DNA of 64,000 nucleotides, taken from assembly GCA_023379025.1 (NCBI GenBank), contig JAMCTH010000009.1:69092-133091 (forward strand). The letters are read 5' to 3'. Shown one piece after another: positions 41,908-52,734 of this stretch (positions are counted from its first letter, which is position 1; every line of letters starts with the position of its first letter). The position numbers and the translations under genes are program-made. The DNA comes from Patescibacteria group bacterium (GTDB taxonomy: Bacteria; Patescibacteriota; Microgenomatia; UBA10105; UBA927). Below the pieces are notes generated by a model, which was not told the DNA's origin, searched no databases, and saw only the letters and a program-made list of their open reading frames with translations.

Positions 41908-42219
41908 TTACGCTTTGTTGGCCCGTTTACTGAGTATGTATTGCACCGAAGGGCTTACTGATTTATCCGTCCGGTGGATACAGCCTATCCAGCAACACGG
42001 ACGGCGCATGCCGTCTTTGAGCTCGGTGCATACCCGCTCCACATGTTCTTTTCTGGTTTTCGGCATTTTAACGGAGATCGTCCAGCAAATCCATTCATTA
42101 CGCGCAAGCGGGGTAAGGCTTTCCCAAAGCGCAGACGCTTTCGGATCAGACAGTAAGGCCTCCCGCAAATCCGGAGGAACGTCATGGACGACGCCTCCTG
42201 ACATATCTTTTTTGGTCAT
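41908..42219 (-). CDS. YdeI/OmpD-associated family protein
   Basis: VPPDLREAL...LTPLARNEWICW...RRPCCW.GC.HR. Confidence 0.85.
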   Translation of the reverse strand: MTKKDMSGGVVHDVPPDLREALLSDPKASALWESLTPLARNEWICWTISVKMPKTRKEHVERVCTELKDGMRRPCCWIGCIHRTDKSVSPSVQYILSKRANKA

Positions 42220-42325
42220 AGCGTCATTCTAACAAATGTTCGGGTGTCCGACAAAAAAAGTGTTGAAGTAACGGGATAGGAAAAACTTCTTTCATGCAGA
42301 CACTTTTTTGTGTATCATAAAAGTA

Positions 42326-42481
42326 ATGATACGGGGAAACTTTATCGGTGCGGCGGTTGTTGCGATAATCTATACGGTTTATATTTTGATTAAGCCGCTT
42401 CCGTCAAAACCGCAGGAAGTAGTTGCGCTCGTCGTTCTCAATGCCCTGACCATCGTGCTCCTGTCGCAAGCTTTCAAATAA
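42326..42481 (+). CDS. 51-aa two-TM small protein
   Basis: MIRGNFIGAAVVAIIYTVYILIKPLPSKPQEVVALVVLNALTIVLLSQAFK; TATCAT shortly before ATG. Confidence 0.5.
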   Translation: MIRGNFIGAAVVAIIYTVYILIKPLPSKPQEVVALVVLNALTIVLLSQAFK

Positions 42482-42505
42482 ATTTTTTACCTAATAAAAA
42501 GGGGC

Positions 42506-42991
42506 TTATTTCACCGCAATACATTCCTCATCTTCTCCCGGCGGTTGCCAATATTCTACATAACTATCAAACGTCTCTCCGCTTATTTCAAATGAATCTC
42601 TAGGCGGATTTTTACTTCTGGAGATCACCCGCTCCCTCATTTTCTCCATCGAACATGCGACGTAATACAGAATCGGCTTTGCGCCTATTTCATATATTTT
42701 TTTCTTTATATCGTCTCTTTGTGACTTAACCCAAAAACCTTCGTCCAGTATCACATCTTTACCTGCTTTTAGGATTTTGAATGCTGTCTCTGTTGCGAGA
42801 TCAGTAATTTTATTGTCATAGGCTGCAAAATTCTTATCTGCGGTTATCTTGTTTCCGAAAATTTTGATTATCCATTCGTCTTTGGTTATACGTACGGCTC
42901 CTGTTTCTTCCTCCAGTTTCCTGGCAACCGTCGTCTTCCCCGAACCGATGAACCCGCAGATAAGATAAGCAATAGGCTGTTTCTTATTCAT
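42506..42991 (-). CDS. P-loop kinase (AAA_33-like)
   Basis: CGFIGSGKTT, VILDEGFW. Confidence 0.85.
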   Translation of the reverse strand: MNKKQPIAYLICGFIGSGKTTVARKLEEETGAVRITKDEWIIKIFGNKITADKNFAAYDNKITDLATETAFKILKAGKDVILDEGFWVKSQRDDIKKKIYEIGAKPILYYVACSMEKMRERVISRSKNPPRDSFEISGETFDSYVEYWQPPGEDEECIAVK

Positions 42992-43135
42992 GAGTCAATT
43001 ATATCAGAAGGATCGAACTGTCCAGCGAAGGGTCCTTGAGGCTAAAATAGCTAACTTCCCCTAAACGACCCATCCATCAACGAAAGAGTGGAGTTCGGAC
43101 ACAGACTTGGACTAAGAAAGATACTTGCGGAGAGC

Positions 43136-44236
43136 TTAAACTTTAAAATATGCGAAAACCTCGTTCATCGCTTCAAATCCTCGCTTTATATTCCTTTGTA
43201 GTCCTGGTGAGTTGTGGACAGTGGCCATTTTCACTCGTAATTTCAGTTTTGAGACTAAGTATCTGAGTTTGAAGATCTGAAACTTATTATTGAAATTAGT
43301 GGGGAACGTATTTGTGAGAGAATAGCCTTCTTTAAACCATGTCATTCTGGGCTCCCCAAAAAACAGGCTGTATGCAGAAAATTCCATGACGGGATCACCT
43401 GAAATGCACTCATCCCAGTCAACAATACCTGTTATATGCTTCCCATCTGACAGCGTATTCCAGTCTGCAACGTCGTTATGGATTAAAGCTGGTTCATCGC
43501 AATTGATGAGATCTGCGTTTTTATTAAGGAGTGCCAATATCTTTTCTTGCTGTGAATGAGTGATCTTATGGTCATTATCAAGGTATTCAAGGTCTTCATG
43601 AAGCGAGGCAAAAAAATGCTCACGGAGAGAATTGTACTGTCCTTCCAACGTGCCTTTGCTCTTTGCTATTTTATTGTCAAAAAAACCGAAACCCCTTGTT
43701 TTCACCCGATGAATCAGGCCGATTTGTCGACCCGTTTCCCTAATTAGTTGTTCTTCATAAGCGTATTTGATTTCACCTGAATGGGTAAAATTTCGCATTG
43801 TTTCTCCCGGCAAAGCTTCCATGATTATGAAATCAAAATCAAATTTTTTCCTGTCATTGACGATGATATACGTTGAATAAGTAAGAACCCCGTACGCTTT
43901 TGCCTTTTCTGCAGCGACTTTTTCAACCCAAAAATATCCATTTTTTACATCTTTTGGATGCATTCTGATTACTATATTTGTACCATCCGCCAATTTTGCT
44001 TTCAGAACGTTATTAACCAAACCATCGGTTATCAACTCTCCAACCTGAACTACTTTAGCATCCTGAGGCTTTTTCCCTGTTTTAATCATTCCATATTCAA
44101 TTGCTGGTACTGCATCACTCTTATCAAAACTTTCAGATCGATCTAAGAAGATTTTTTTCATGTCTTCGGCAGAAATATTACGGTTAGTCTGCCAATAAAA
44201 CATATTGTGGCGGTTTGAAAGGTCAAGAATAGGCAT
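43136..44236 (-). CDS. Aminoglycoside phosphotransferase/kinase-like protein
   Basis: LIHNDVADWN and GIVDWD motifs. Confidence 0.85.
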   Translation of the reverse strand: MPILDLSNRHNMFYWQTNRNISAEDMKKIFLDRSESFDKSDAVPAIEYGMIKTGKKPQDAKVVQVGELITDGLVNNVLKAKLADGTNIVIRMHPKDVKNGYFWVEKVAAEKAKAYGVLTYSTYIIVNDRKKFDFDFIIMEALPGETMRNFTHSGEIKYAYEEQLIRETGRQIGLIHRVKTRGFGFFDNKIAKSKGTLEGQYNSLREHFFASLHEDLEYLDNDHKITHSQQEKILALLNKNADLINCDEPALIHNDVADWNTLSDGKHITGIVDWDECISGDPVMEFSAYSLFFGEPRMTWFKEGYSLTNTFPTNFNNKFQIFKLRYLVSKLKLRVKMATVHNSPGLQRNIKRGFEAMNEVFAYFKV

Positions 44237-44457
44237 GGAGGAATTATATCAAATCCCTGAAATTGAACTTATAGATTATCTTAACTATATTTTTAGATTG
44301 TTTTCATGCCCTAGATCAAAATTTGCTCGAGAAATGGGCTTCGCAAAGCTAAGCTTTGATTTTCTATGGCGCGTTTTGACAATCTAACATTTTAGCTCGC
44401 TTACTGGGACGATTTTAGAGCGGTGGATTGCTCCCCGTTCTTGACCTAACTCGAACT

Positions 44458-44694
44458 TTAGCCATCCTTTTTCTTCCAGGGTAGTTTATCCTTTTCATGC
44501 TTTTTGGTTATTCTTCTGTCTAGATAATTAAAATATGATGGTAGTAAAAAGAAAGTAAGAACAAATCCAAGTATTACTACCCCTTTAACGTCAAGAAAAC
44601 TAGCAAAAAATACTAATAAGGTAATCGCGAAAAAAGAGAATTTCAACGGATCACTGTAAATATTATCTATGAAATTATTGAAGATACTTTTCAT
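44458..44694 (-). CDS. Hypothetical small membrane protein
   Basis: 78 aa, two TM, AT-rich. Confidence 0.6.
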   Translation of the reverse strand: MKSIFNNFIDNIYSDPLKFSFFAITLLVFFASFLDVKGVVILGFVLTFFLLPSYFNYLDRRITKKHEKDKLPWKKKDG

Positions 44695-44729
44695 AAAACT
44701 ATTAATTTGTTGCTATTTAATGTATATAA

Positions 44730-45320
44730 TTAAAGTGATGGTTTTATAACTTCACTTGGAAGTCCATACATATCCTTCGTTGATACTTCAGTACAAACCA
44801 AATCAAATATACTTGTTCCGTTGTTTTCATCCCTAACCTGATAGTACCTTCTATCTTGACCAGCATAAACTGGCTCAAATATTACTACATTACTATTTAC
44901 GCTAATATCACCTAAATGATAACCACCCTCACCTTTACTAAAGGCAATTATATTTCCACTAGTCACGTCAATTACTGCATAGCCAAAACAATCTGTACCA
45001 CACCCCCAAGAAACAAAAGTATAGTGTCCAGCGAAATTAACTCCCTTTGCAACGACCTCTTTAATTCTTGTATCAAATGTTTTTGCTTCGGGAAAATTGG
45101 AAAAATTGACCGGACTAGGACTTCCTTCAAATTTCGGCCGTGTATTTAATTGATTTTTTGCTAATTGCTCCTTACATGTCCCTGCAGTAGAAGTTTTTGT
45201 AATACTTTTACCCACACCAATATCTTTCTGTTTAACTTTTATGTAGCCTGATAAGGCTATCCCAGTCAAACATAAAACACTAATAGAAATTAATAATTTA
45301 CGATTAATTTTCCTTCTCAT
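44730..45320 (-). CDS. Hypothetical secreted/anchored protein
   Basis: N-terminal TM; NFAGHY...WGCGTDC motif. Confidence 0.7.
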   Translation of the reverse strand: MRRKINRKLLISISVLCLTGIALSGYIKVKQKDIGVGKSITKTSTAGTCKEQLAKNQLNTRPKFEGSPSPVNFSNFPEAKTFDTRIKEVVAKGVNFAGHYTFVSWGCGTDCFGYAVIDVTSGNIIAFSKGEGGYHLGDISVNSNVVIFEPVYAGQDRRYYQVRDENNGTSIFDLVCTEVSTKDMYGLPSEVIKPSL

Positions 45321-45514
45321 CTACTACTCCCAAAGAACTGAAAGAGCTTAAAAGTAAAAATCAGTAAATTCTGAACCAATAATTCCAATACTTAGCATTT
45401 TCAGTTTCATAGGAAATATAATAAAAAGCACCAGTAAAACCAAGCTCCGTAATCCTAGTATTAATCTGACTGAAAGTCTAGCACAAGTTATCAAGGCTTT
45501 CCAAAATCCGATTA

Positions 45515-45531
45515 CACACCCCCGGGGTGTG
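45515..45531. repeat. REP-like palindrome CACACCCCCGGGGTGTG
   Basis: Hairpin just downstream of the Y1 transposase stop. Confidence 0.85.
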
Positions 45532-45538
45532 GGCAGAC

Positions 45539-46219
45539 CTACCCAATGTCGTGATATAAATGTGATTCAAGAAATAGGAACCGCTGATATTCTGCCTGAT
45601 CAAACGTACTCCTTTGCAGACTCTCCGCATTCCGATAATATCCCATAAGCAATGTTTTATCCAACATCGCCATATCTGCACGTGATGCATATGACGCGAA
45701 CGAACTCCACCGATACTGAATAAGTTCGTTCTGTGAATGCAGGATGCCGGCGCTTAAGGGATTGAGGTGAATGTATCTGGCCACATGTACAAGCTGCTCA
45801 TCCGTTTCTATCCGCACCGCCTTAAACATGGATTGAAACAGAGCTCCAAACCTCTTTGTTTTGATATTAAAGTACTTCGCATACCCATTTTGAATTTGAG
45901 AAACGAATGTGGCTATTCCTCCATTTCTCAGTTGAGTAAGAAGCATATGAAAATGATTTGGCATCCAGCAAAATGCGAGTATATTCACCAACTTCAGATG
46001 CTGGTGTGCAAACTGTTCGAAGTAGTGTTGTTTTGCAGCCAAGGATAGCCTGTTATATTCAGAGAAACGTACCGGAGGATGTTCAAAGCGATAATACTCG
46101 GCAAGATCTAAAAAACGCTGGTAATCACGACTATTAATGAAAATTATCTGATTCGCGACGCTGCGATTAAAAATATGATACGTCTCTGACGTTTGACAAG
46201 GAACATAACGATATGGCAT
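45539..46219 (-). mobile_element. REP-associated tyrosine (Y1/HUH) transposase, RAYT-like
   Basis: YHIFNRS, CWMPNHFHML (HUH), RYIHLNP; flanked by inverted palindromes. Confidence 0.9.
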
Positions 46220-46262
46220 CACGCATACTATACGCCCCTCAATTAGAATATTCAGTAAGATG

Positions 46263-46285
46263 ACCCACACCCCGGGGGTGTGGGT
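46263..46285. repeat. REP-like palindrome ACCCACACCCCGGGGGTGTGGGT (inverted copy)
   Basis: Core is the reverse complement of the 45515 copy. Confidence 0.85.
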
Positions 46286-46322
46286 GGACACAATAAGAAG
46301 GCATAATTGTTTCAAAACTCAG

Positions 46323-46394
46323 CTCCCCCGGCTGGATTCGAACCAGCAACCTTCTTCTTAACAGGAAGCCGCTCTACCGTTGAGCTACAGGGGA
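46323..46394 (-). tRNA. tRNA-Asn(GTT)
   Basis: TCCCCTG/CGGGGGA acceptor stem, loop CT-GTT-AA, GGTTCGAATCC; no encoded CCA. Confidence 0.93.
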
Positions 46395-46528
46395 GCGGAG
46401 TTTTGAAACGGTATGCTCCAAACCATTTTTCTCTACTATCCAACTGGTCTAGAGAACGTTGATATTATACCATGAGAACTTTCTGTCTCAATAGCGTTAG
46501 AGTCTTCTGAAAGGTTTTGGAAAAAGTC

Positions 46529-47617
46529 TTATTCGAGGTAATCTTTGAGCTTTTTGGAACGAGATGGATGGCGTAATTTTCGTAAGGCCTTGGCTTCTAT
46601 CTGCCGTATACGCTCGCGGGTGACGCCGAACTGTGCGCCCACTTCCTCAAGCGTCCGGGGTCTGCCGTCCTCGAGGCCAAAGCGGAGGATAAGCACTTTT
46701 TTCTCGCGGTCGGATAGGGTCGCCAGGACTTCTTCCATATGCTCCTTGAGGAGTTGCCGCGAGGTCTGGTCATACGGGGAAGGACCCGGATCGGAGATAA
46801 AGTCTCCCAAGTGGCTGTCTTCCTCGTCGCCGACCGGCGTCTCAAGGCTTGTCGGCTCCTGGGATACTTTCATAATTTCCCGGACTTTGGCCACATCGAT
46901 CTCCATGACCTTGGCCACTTCTTCGGGAGTCGGCTCCCGCCCCAGGTCCTGCATGAGCCGGCGCGAGGTCCGGACAAACCGGTTGATCGTCTCGACCATA
47001 TGGACGGGGATGCGGATCGTCCGCGCCTGGTCGGCTATCGCGCGGGTAATGGCCTGGCGTATCCACCAGGTTGCGTACGTCGAAAACTTGAAACCTTTGT
47101 TCCAGTCGTACTTTTCGACCGCACGGATCAGTCCCTGGTTACCTTCCTGGATAAGGTCCAGGAGGCTCATGCCGCGGCCGATGTATTTTTTGGCGATCGA
47201 TACGACGAGACGGAGGTTACTTTCGATGAGCTTTTTCTTGGCGCGCTTGTCGCCTTTTTCGTACCGTTTGGCGAGCGAAATCTCATCGGCAAAAGTGAGA
47301 AGCGGGATCCTGCCGATTTCCTTAAGGTACATGCGGACCGGATCGGACACACCTTCGTCGCTGGCCCGTGCCAGAGCTTCAATCTCGCGCTCGAGGTCCT
47401 GAATGCTCTTGGATGCTTCCTTTTCGATGTCCTGCGAAGTCGTCTCAAATACATCCACCCCGGAACGGATCAGTTTGTTGTAGAGGGTGTCGAGCTCCTT
47501 GATATGTTCTTCGGGCTTCGGAAAAAGCTGGAGGATATCGTCCTGCGCCACAAAGCCGTTGTCGCGGCCCTCGCGCAGCAAATCATCGATGGTGGTAACG
47601 GTTTTCGTGCGTGGCAT
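46529..47617 (-). CDS. rpoD: Primary sigma factor RpoD/SigA
   Basis: [57 protein letters not shown]. Confidence 0.97.
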   Translation of the reverse strand: MPRTKTVTTIDDLLREGRDNGFVAQDDILQLFPKPEEHIKELDTLYNKLIRSGVDVFETTSQDIEKEASKSIQDLEREIEALARASDEGVSDPVRMYLKEIGRIPLLTFADEISLAKRYEKGDKRAKKKLIESNLRLVVSIAKKYIGRGMSLLDLIQEGNQGLIRAVEKYDWNKGFKFSTYATWWIRQAITRAIADQARTIRIPVHMVETINRFVRTSRRLMQDLGREPTPEEVAKVMEIDVAKVREIMKVSQEPTSLETPVGDEEDSHLGDFISDPGPSPYDQTSRQLLKEHMEEVLATLSDREKKVLILRFGLEDGRPRTLEEVGAQFGVTRERIRQIEAKALRKLRHPSRSKKLKDYLE

Positions 47618-47713
47618 AGCGTACCGACGGTGTTTGCCGATAGTCGCATACAGGAAGCGCGGACCTCCGTACCGGATAAAGGCAAACCACCTCGCTTGAA
47701 CGGCCCTATTGTA

Positions 47714-49519
47714 TCAGGTGTTCATGGAGTTTTCCAGGGTTTTGAGTTCCCGGGTATAGGTACGAAGCTGTTCCTGGGCTTCACGGATCGGGGGGGTATC
47801 CGCATCACCGTTTTCCCCGGCCTCTTCCCGGACTTTTGCCGAGAGCGCCCGGATACGGCTCCGGAGGAGAAGGTAGCGGTGCGCGGTCATTGCTTTATTC
47901 CAGACTGCTGCCCGGCGTTCTTCTTCTTCGGCGCCGGCACCAAGATCCCAGAGAAATGCTTCATCAAGCGTCGGGACCAGCTCGTTCGGCAGCTTATCGG
48001 CAAAATCCTTGATGAGAAACACGCGCTCCTGCCCGGCAAACGCGAGAAGCGCTTCCAGGATCCGCCGGATTGGTTGTGAGGTGAAATCCGGCAACGGAAT
48101 GCCGTCCCTCAGCTCTTCCAGAAGCTCGTACGTTTTCCCCTGGAGCATGAGGGAAAGGATAAGGAGCTCTACCCGGTCCAGCCTGGTCAGCGCGGTTTCC
48201 TTGCGCTTTTCCTGTGTCTCCGGGCCGCGGAGCGGAAGTTCGGACGCTTTCCTGCTTCGCCGCAGGCTTTCCGCCACGACCTCTTCGGAGACGCCGAGGA
48301 CGCCTGAGAGGATCTTGACATAGTGCCCCTGGACGATCGAGTTTTCTATCCTGCTAAGGACCGGCAGCAGTTCGTCGCCTATCTTTTTCTTTCCGTACGC
48401 GCTCTCCGTCCCGAACCGGCGGACTGCCGAGGAGATGAGGTAGTCGTATACGGGCACGGCATCTTTGATGGCTTTCGTAAAAAGTAACGGATTCTCCCGC
48501 ACTGCCTCATCCGGGTCTTTGCCGCTCGGCATCACAGCCACCCTCATCTCGAGCCCCGCATGATCGGCTATTTCTATACCCCGGCGGCTTGCCGCATCTC
48601 CGGCCAGGTCACTGTCGAGGGCAAATACCACCTCCCCAGCAAACCGGCGGATAAGCCGGACATGCCCTTCGGTAAGTGCCGACCCTTTGATAGCTACGGC
48701 ATTTCCCACTCCCGCCTGAAACGAGGAAATGACGTCAAATTCTCCCTCCATGAGGATCGCCTGATTTTTTTCGCGGATGGTGTCATGCGTCACGTCCAGA
48801 CCATAGAGCATGTTGCTTTTGCTGTAGACCGGCGTCTCCGTGGTATTGATGTACTTTGCCTCTTTGGCGTCCGGATCCAGAAGTCTGCCGGAAAACCCTG
48901 CCACCTGACCGCGGTGATCCCGGAGCGGAAACATCACCCTGCCGCGGAAGCGGTCATACCCGCCCTGCCGCGACGGGACCAGAAGCCCAGCCTCGGCAAG
49001 GACTCCGGTATCGTAATTTTTTTTCCTGAGATAGTTGGTCAGCGCGTCCCAACTGTTCGGGCTGTATCCGATCCCGAAGGTTACGATGGTTTTGTCCGAA
49101 AGCCCCCGGGTTTTGAGGTATTGGCGGGCGCGCTCTCCCAGCCGGTGACGGGTCAGAATGAAATGGTAAAACTCGCCCGCCATGTGGTTGACCTCGTAGA
49201 GTTTTTCCTTTTTCTTTCCTTCCGGCGTATCTGCGACCCGCCGCTCGAGTTTGACACCGGCGCGCACGGCTAGTTCCTCGAGCGCTTCAGGAAAGTCGAC
49301 ATGGTCATACTCCATGACAAAGTCTATGACCGAGCCGCCCTTACCGCACCCGAAACACTTCCAGATATTCCTTTCCGGCGAGACGATAAATGAGGGGGTT
49401 TTTTCCGAATGAAACGGGCAAAGGGCGGTGAAGTGACGACCGGACTTTTTGAGCTTCACCCGCTCGCCGATCACTTCGACGATATTGATCCGTGATTTGA
49501 CGTCATCGATATCACCCAT
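47714..49519 (-). CDS. dnaG: DNA primase
   Basis: CPFHSEKTPSF...CFGC zinc finger, KYIN, EGEFD, DSDLAG, KDPDE. Confidence 0.97.
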   Translation of the reverse strand: MGDIDDVKSRINIVEVIGERVKLKKSGRHFTALCPFHSEKTPSFIVSPERNIWKCFGCGKGGSVIDFVMEYDHVDFPEALEELAVRAGVKLERRVADTPEGKKKEKLYEVNHMAGEFYHFILTRHRLGERARQYLKTRGLSDKTIVTFGIGYSPNSWDALTNYLRKKNYDTGVLAEAGLLVPSRQGGYDRFRGRVMFPLRDHRGQVAGFSGRLLDPDAKEAKYINTTETPVYSKSNMLYGLDVTHDTIREKNQAILMEGEFDVISSFQAGVGNAVAIKGSALTEGHVRLIRRFAGEVVFALDSDLAGDAASRRGIEIADHAGLEMRVAVMPSGKDPDEAVRENPLLFTKAIKDAVPVYDYLISSAVRRFGTESAYGKKKIGDELLPVLSRIENSIVQGHYVKILSGVLGVSEEVVAESLRRSRKASELPLRGPETQEKRKETALTRLDRVELLILSLMLQGKTYELLEELRDGIPLPDFTSQPIRRILEALLAFAGQERVFLIKDFADKLPNELVPTLDEAFLWDLGAGAEEEERRAAVWNKAMTAHRYLLLRSRIRALSAKVREEAGENGDADTPPIREAQEQLRTYTRELKTLENSMNT

Positions 49520-49648
49520 AGGCACCAGAACTATACCATGAAGCACCCGCGTGGTCTAACAGAAGGAAGGGTATTCGTTCGTTCACTACAATGCTGGGGA
49601 TAAAGACGTTTTGCCGATACCGCGATGGAGCACTATGGCAATGCCAAT

Positions 49649-50116
49649 TTATACCATGATCGGCAGCGGAAACGGTGCGTTCCGGTATGTGCGGTAGAGT
49701 TCGATGGTTTCTTTATGATCAAACGCAAACGTCTTGCCGGACAATTCTTCAAAGGGCATCCAGAGGACCTCGGTCGATTCCCCGTCCGGTTTGCCGGACT
49801 GCCTGATCGGACTGATAATATATTCTAGCACGACGTTTTGCCTGTCCTCTCCCGGCCGCTCGGGGTTGCTGTTAATCCGCAAGAGCGAAACGACTGCCCC
49901 CTCCCAGCCCGTTTCTTCCCTCAGCTCACGGAGCACTCCCTGGGCTGCTGTCTCATCCCGGTTGAGAAATCCTCCGGGAAACGCAAGCTTCCCGCCCTCG
50001 ACGAGAGCGTTTGAACGCCGCACCAGCAGAAGCTTCCCCCTGTCTTCGACGATGGCATGGACGACCACATGCCGGAGGCTGGCAGTATATCCTTTTTCAA
50101 AGGTGCAGGTGATCAT
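49649..50116 (-). CDS. NUDIX hydrolase
   Basis: PGGFLNRDE...RELREETG. Confidence 0.9.
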   Translation of the reverse strand: MITCTFEKGYTASLRHVVVHAIVEDRGKLLLVRRSNALVEGGKLAFPGGFLNRDETAAQGVLRELREETGWEGAVVSLLRINSNPERPGEDRQNVVLEYIISPIRQSGKPDGESTEVLWMPFEELSGKTFAFDHKETIELYRTYRNAPFPLPIMV

Positions 50117-50120
50117 AGGT

Positions 50121-50414
50121 CTAACTGATGGTCACCCCGACGAAGTCGATTTTCGGGAATGTTTTGCGGATCTCGTCCCAAAATTTCTGCGAAAGATTCT
50201 GCGAAAACCGGCCGTAGACGCCGGTTGCCATGTTGGCGCAGAGGCGCCGTTCGTACTCCCGCATGATCTCCACGACCTCCCCGCCGTAGGAATTGAATAT
50301 CTTCTGCCACTTTACCGGGTCAAGCGCGTACTCGTCGTGGATTTCCCTGAAGTTGTCAAACAATTCCTTGTTTTCTTCGGTCATTTTGATCACCATCTTT
50401 TTATATTCGTTCAT
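50121..50414 (-). CDS. Hypothetical protein
   Basis: 97-aa ORF coupled to the NUDIX gene; coherent composition. Confidence 0.75.
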   Translation of the reverse strand: MNEYKKMVIKMTEENKELFDNFREIHDEYALDPVKWQKIFNSYGGEVVEIMREYERRLCANMATGVYGRFSQNLSQKFWDEIRKTFPKIDFVGVTIS

Positions 50415-50441
50415 GTGACTATGGTACCAGCGGCATGGCGA

Positions 50442-50975
50442 TTATTCTACTACGGCATAGGCCCTGACCGGACTGCCGTCGCCGGCGCGGATCCTGAGAG
50501 GAACACCAACGAACTGAAACGGTTTATCCGAAAGATTCCGGGTATTGGCGAGGTTTTCGTACGTGATGATACCGTGGGAGAGAAGTGTCTTTTCCACTTC
50601 CTCTATGATGACAAATTCTGCGGCAAGTCCCACAAATCGTGGTTTTATTTTAACTATAAATTGTACGACGTCTAAGGTAATCTGCATATCTGGGAAAATT
50701 ACACCGGCATCACGCTTCATCGCCTCCGGCGCCGTATAAACGACGGCTTTCCCCATAAAATCCCCAATCGTATACGCATCAAGCGTATTTCCCCCGGTAA
50801 TGCCATGAACGGGTACGTTTACATGCGTGCCATCGTGGGTATTCATATGGAGGCGCGCCATATTCCACCCGACCGTCGGGATCGTCTGCACCGGTTCGAG
50901 TACGAACTCCGGATCACCCGGATAGACCGGCATGTGATCGTAGATTGGCAGTGAAAGATCGACGATCCTGCTCAT
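50442..50975 (-). CDS. Cyclase/kynurenine formamidase family protein
   Basis: DLSLPI...MPVYPGDP, THDGTHVNVP.H, ENL, GDGSPVRA. Confidence 0.88.
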   Translation of the reverse strand: MSRIVDLSLPIYDHMPVYPGDPEFVLEPVQTIPTVGWNMARLHMNTHDGTHVNVPVHGITGGNTLDAYTIGDFMGKAVVYTAPEAMKRDAGVIFPDMQITLDVVQFIVKIKPRFVGLAAEFVIIEEVEKTLLSHGIITYENLANTRNLSDKPFQFVGVPLRIRAGDGSPVRAYAVVE

Positions 50976-51352
50976 TGGACTATATGCAACGATATCCGGG
51001 TACAGATCACTCAGTCAACACCGCAAATTTAAAATGCAGAAAACCATTGACAGTGAAAAAGCCGGAACAAAAAAAGAACCTCCCGGGGCTACAATGGTCG
51101 TGTAGCTTCAGTACTCTGGTCCGGAATGGATAGAAACCGGAACTATCCCTTTCATAATAGCAGCCCTTGCGCTATAGGACAATAACTGCTATACTATGCG
51201 GGCAGTTGTATTAAAACGATACATCTGCTTAAGAAAGTTAAGTTTAAGAAGTGTAAGAGAAAAAACGCCCCATCTCCTTTATTATCAGCGTCTTTTCCCC
51301 ATTTCAACGATTTTTCCGACGTAAGCAGTTATATATTTTTAATCCCTTTGTT

Positions 51353-52546
51353 ATGCGGACTACCACAAAATATTTTCATACACAACGATCTGCCCAAGGC
51401 GGAAGAAAGGGGCGGATAAAAACCGTGGCCAAAAGCATACTGCTTGAAACAATCGCCCGAAGTAAACGGGTTATTCCGGAAACACCGGGTACACATGCTT
51501 CACCGGCAGCACCTCATTCATTTGGGGAATTCCCGTTAGATCCGATGTTACAGAAGAATATCAGGGAAAAAGGATATATAACGCCTACCCCCATCCAACA
51601 GCATGTCATCCCTGCCATTCTTTCAAAAAAGGATGTAATCGGTACGGCAAATACGGGAACCGGAAAAACTGCGGCCTTTCTCATCCCTCTCATCCAAAAG
51701 GTTTTACTGGACCGGGCGCAGCGGGTTTTGGTCGTGGCGCCAACAAGAGAGCTGGCAGTTCAAATTACGAAAGAATTGCGGGATCTTTCCCTCGGGTTAT
51801 CCCTGCGCACGGCTATGCTTATCGGCGGTTCGAGTGAATGGAGGCAGACGCGGGACATCCAGCGTGATCCGCATGTTGTCACAGCAACCCCCGGACGGTT
51901 AAAAGAATTTATTGAGAGCAGACGCATCAGACTCTCGGGGTTCCGCAATGTCGTCCTCGACGAGGCAGACCGGATGGTTGATATAGGTTTTATAAACGAT
52001 ATTAACTATTTCATTTCTCTTCTGCCTAAGGAACGGCAGTCATTATTTTTTTCCGCGACAATCTCCGGCAGTGTCGAAGAGATTATGAAGCAATTTGTGA
52101 GAGATCCTGTCCGGATATCCGTGGCCTCTCAGCCGATCGCGACGACCATTATCCAGGACGTCATACATGTTTCTGACAATAAATCAAAGCTGGACACGCT
52201 TCACGATTTGCTGAAAAACAAGGAATTTGAGAAAGTACTGGTCTTCGGAAGAACAAAATATAGCGTTCAGAGGCTTTCTGATGAACTGGTAAAACGCGGG
52301 GTCAAATCCGGCGCCATCCACGGAAATAAGCGGCAAAATCAACGTCGGTATGTGCTCGAACAATTTGCCCGGAGTGAAATCCAGATATTATTCGCTACGG
52401 ATATAGCGAGTCGCGGACTGGATATCCCGAACGTCTCACACGTCATAAACTATGATCTTCCGGAAACGATAGAGGACTACACCCACCGTATCGGTCGGAC
52501 AGGACGGGCCGACAAACAGGGTGTTGCGCTTACCTTCATCGATTAG
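51353..52546 (+). CDS. DEAD-box RNA helicase
   Basis: TPIQ Q-motif, TGTGKT, PTRELA, DEAD, SAT, HRIGRTGR. Confidence 0.96.
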   Translation: MRTTTKYFHTQRSAQGGRKGRIKTVAKSILLETIARSKRVIPETPGTHASPAAPHSFGEFPLDPMLQKNIREKGYITPTPIQQHVIPAILSKKDVIGTANTGTGKTAAFLIPLIQKVLLDRAQRVLVVAPTRELAVQITKELRDLSLGLSLRTAMLIGGSSEWRQTRDIQRDPHVVTATPGRLKEFIESRRIRLSGFRNVVLDEADRMVDIGFINDINYFISLLPKERQSLFFSATISGSVEEIMKQFVRDPVRISVASQPIATTIIQDVIHVSDNKSKLDTLHDLLKNKEFEKVLVFGRTKYSVQRLSDELVKRGVKSGAIHGNKRQNQRRYVLEQFARSEIQILFATDIASRGLDIPNVSHVINYDLPETIEDYTHRIGRTGRADKQGVALTFID

Positions 52547-52734
52547 CCATCTCCACCGTCATAAAGGACGAAACTCGTTTGTTGTACACACATAACAGAA
52601 ATGACCTCTAGCTTCACCTCTCCATGGCACCGGAAAGAACAGGGGTCGCTCTCCCTTATGCGGCACTGAAGGATGGATGATACTGCCTCAGACACGGCGT
52701 AAAACACGCAGTGCCCTCCTATATCCGGAAGGCC

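Noticed and set aside
46545-48079. Long plus-strand ORFs opposite rpoD and dnaG
   Set aside because: Antisense shadows of conserved genes.
52555-52600. GTC-ATAAAG-GAC-GAAAC resembling hammerhead ribozyme stem II plus GAAA
   Set aside because: The required CTGANGA core is absent immediately upstream.
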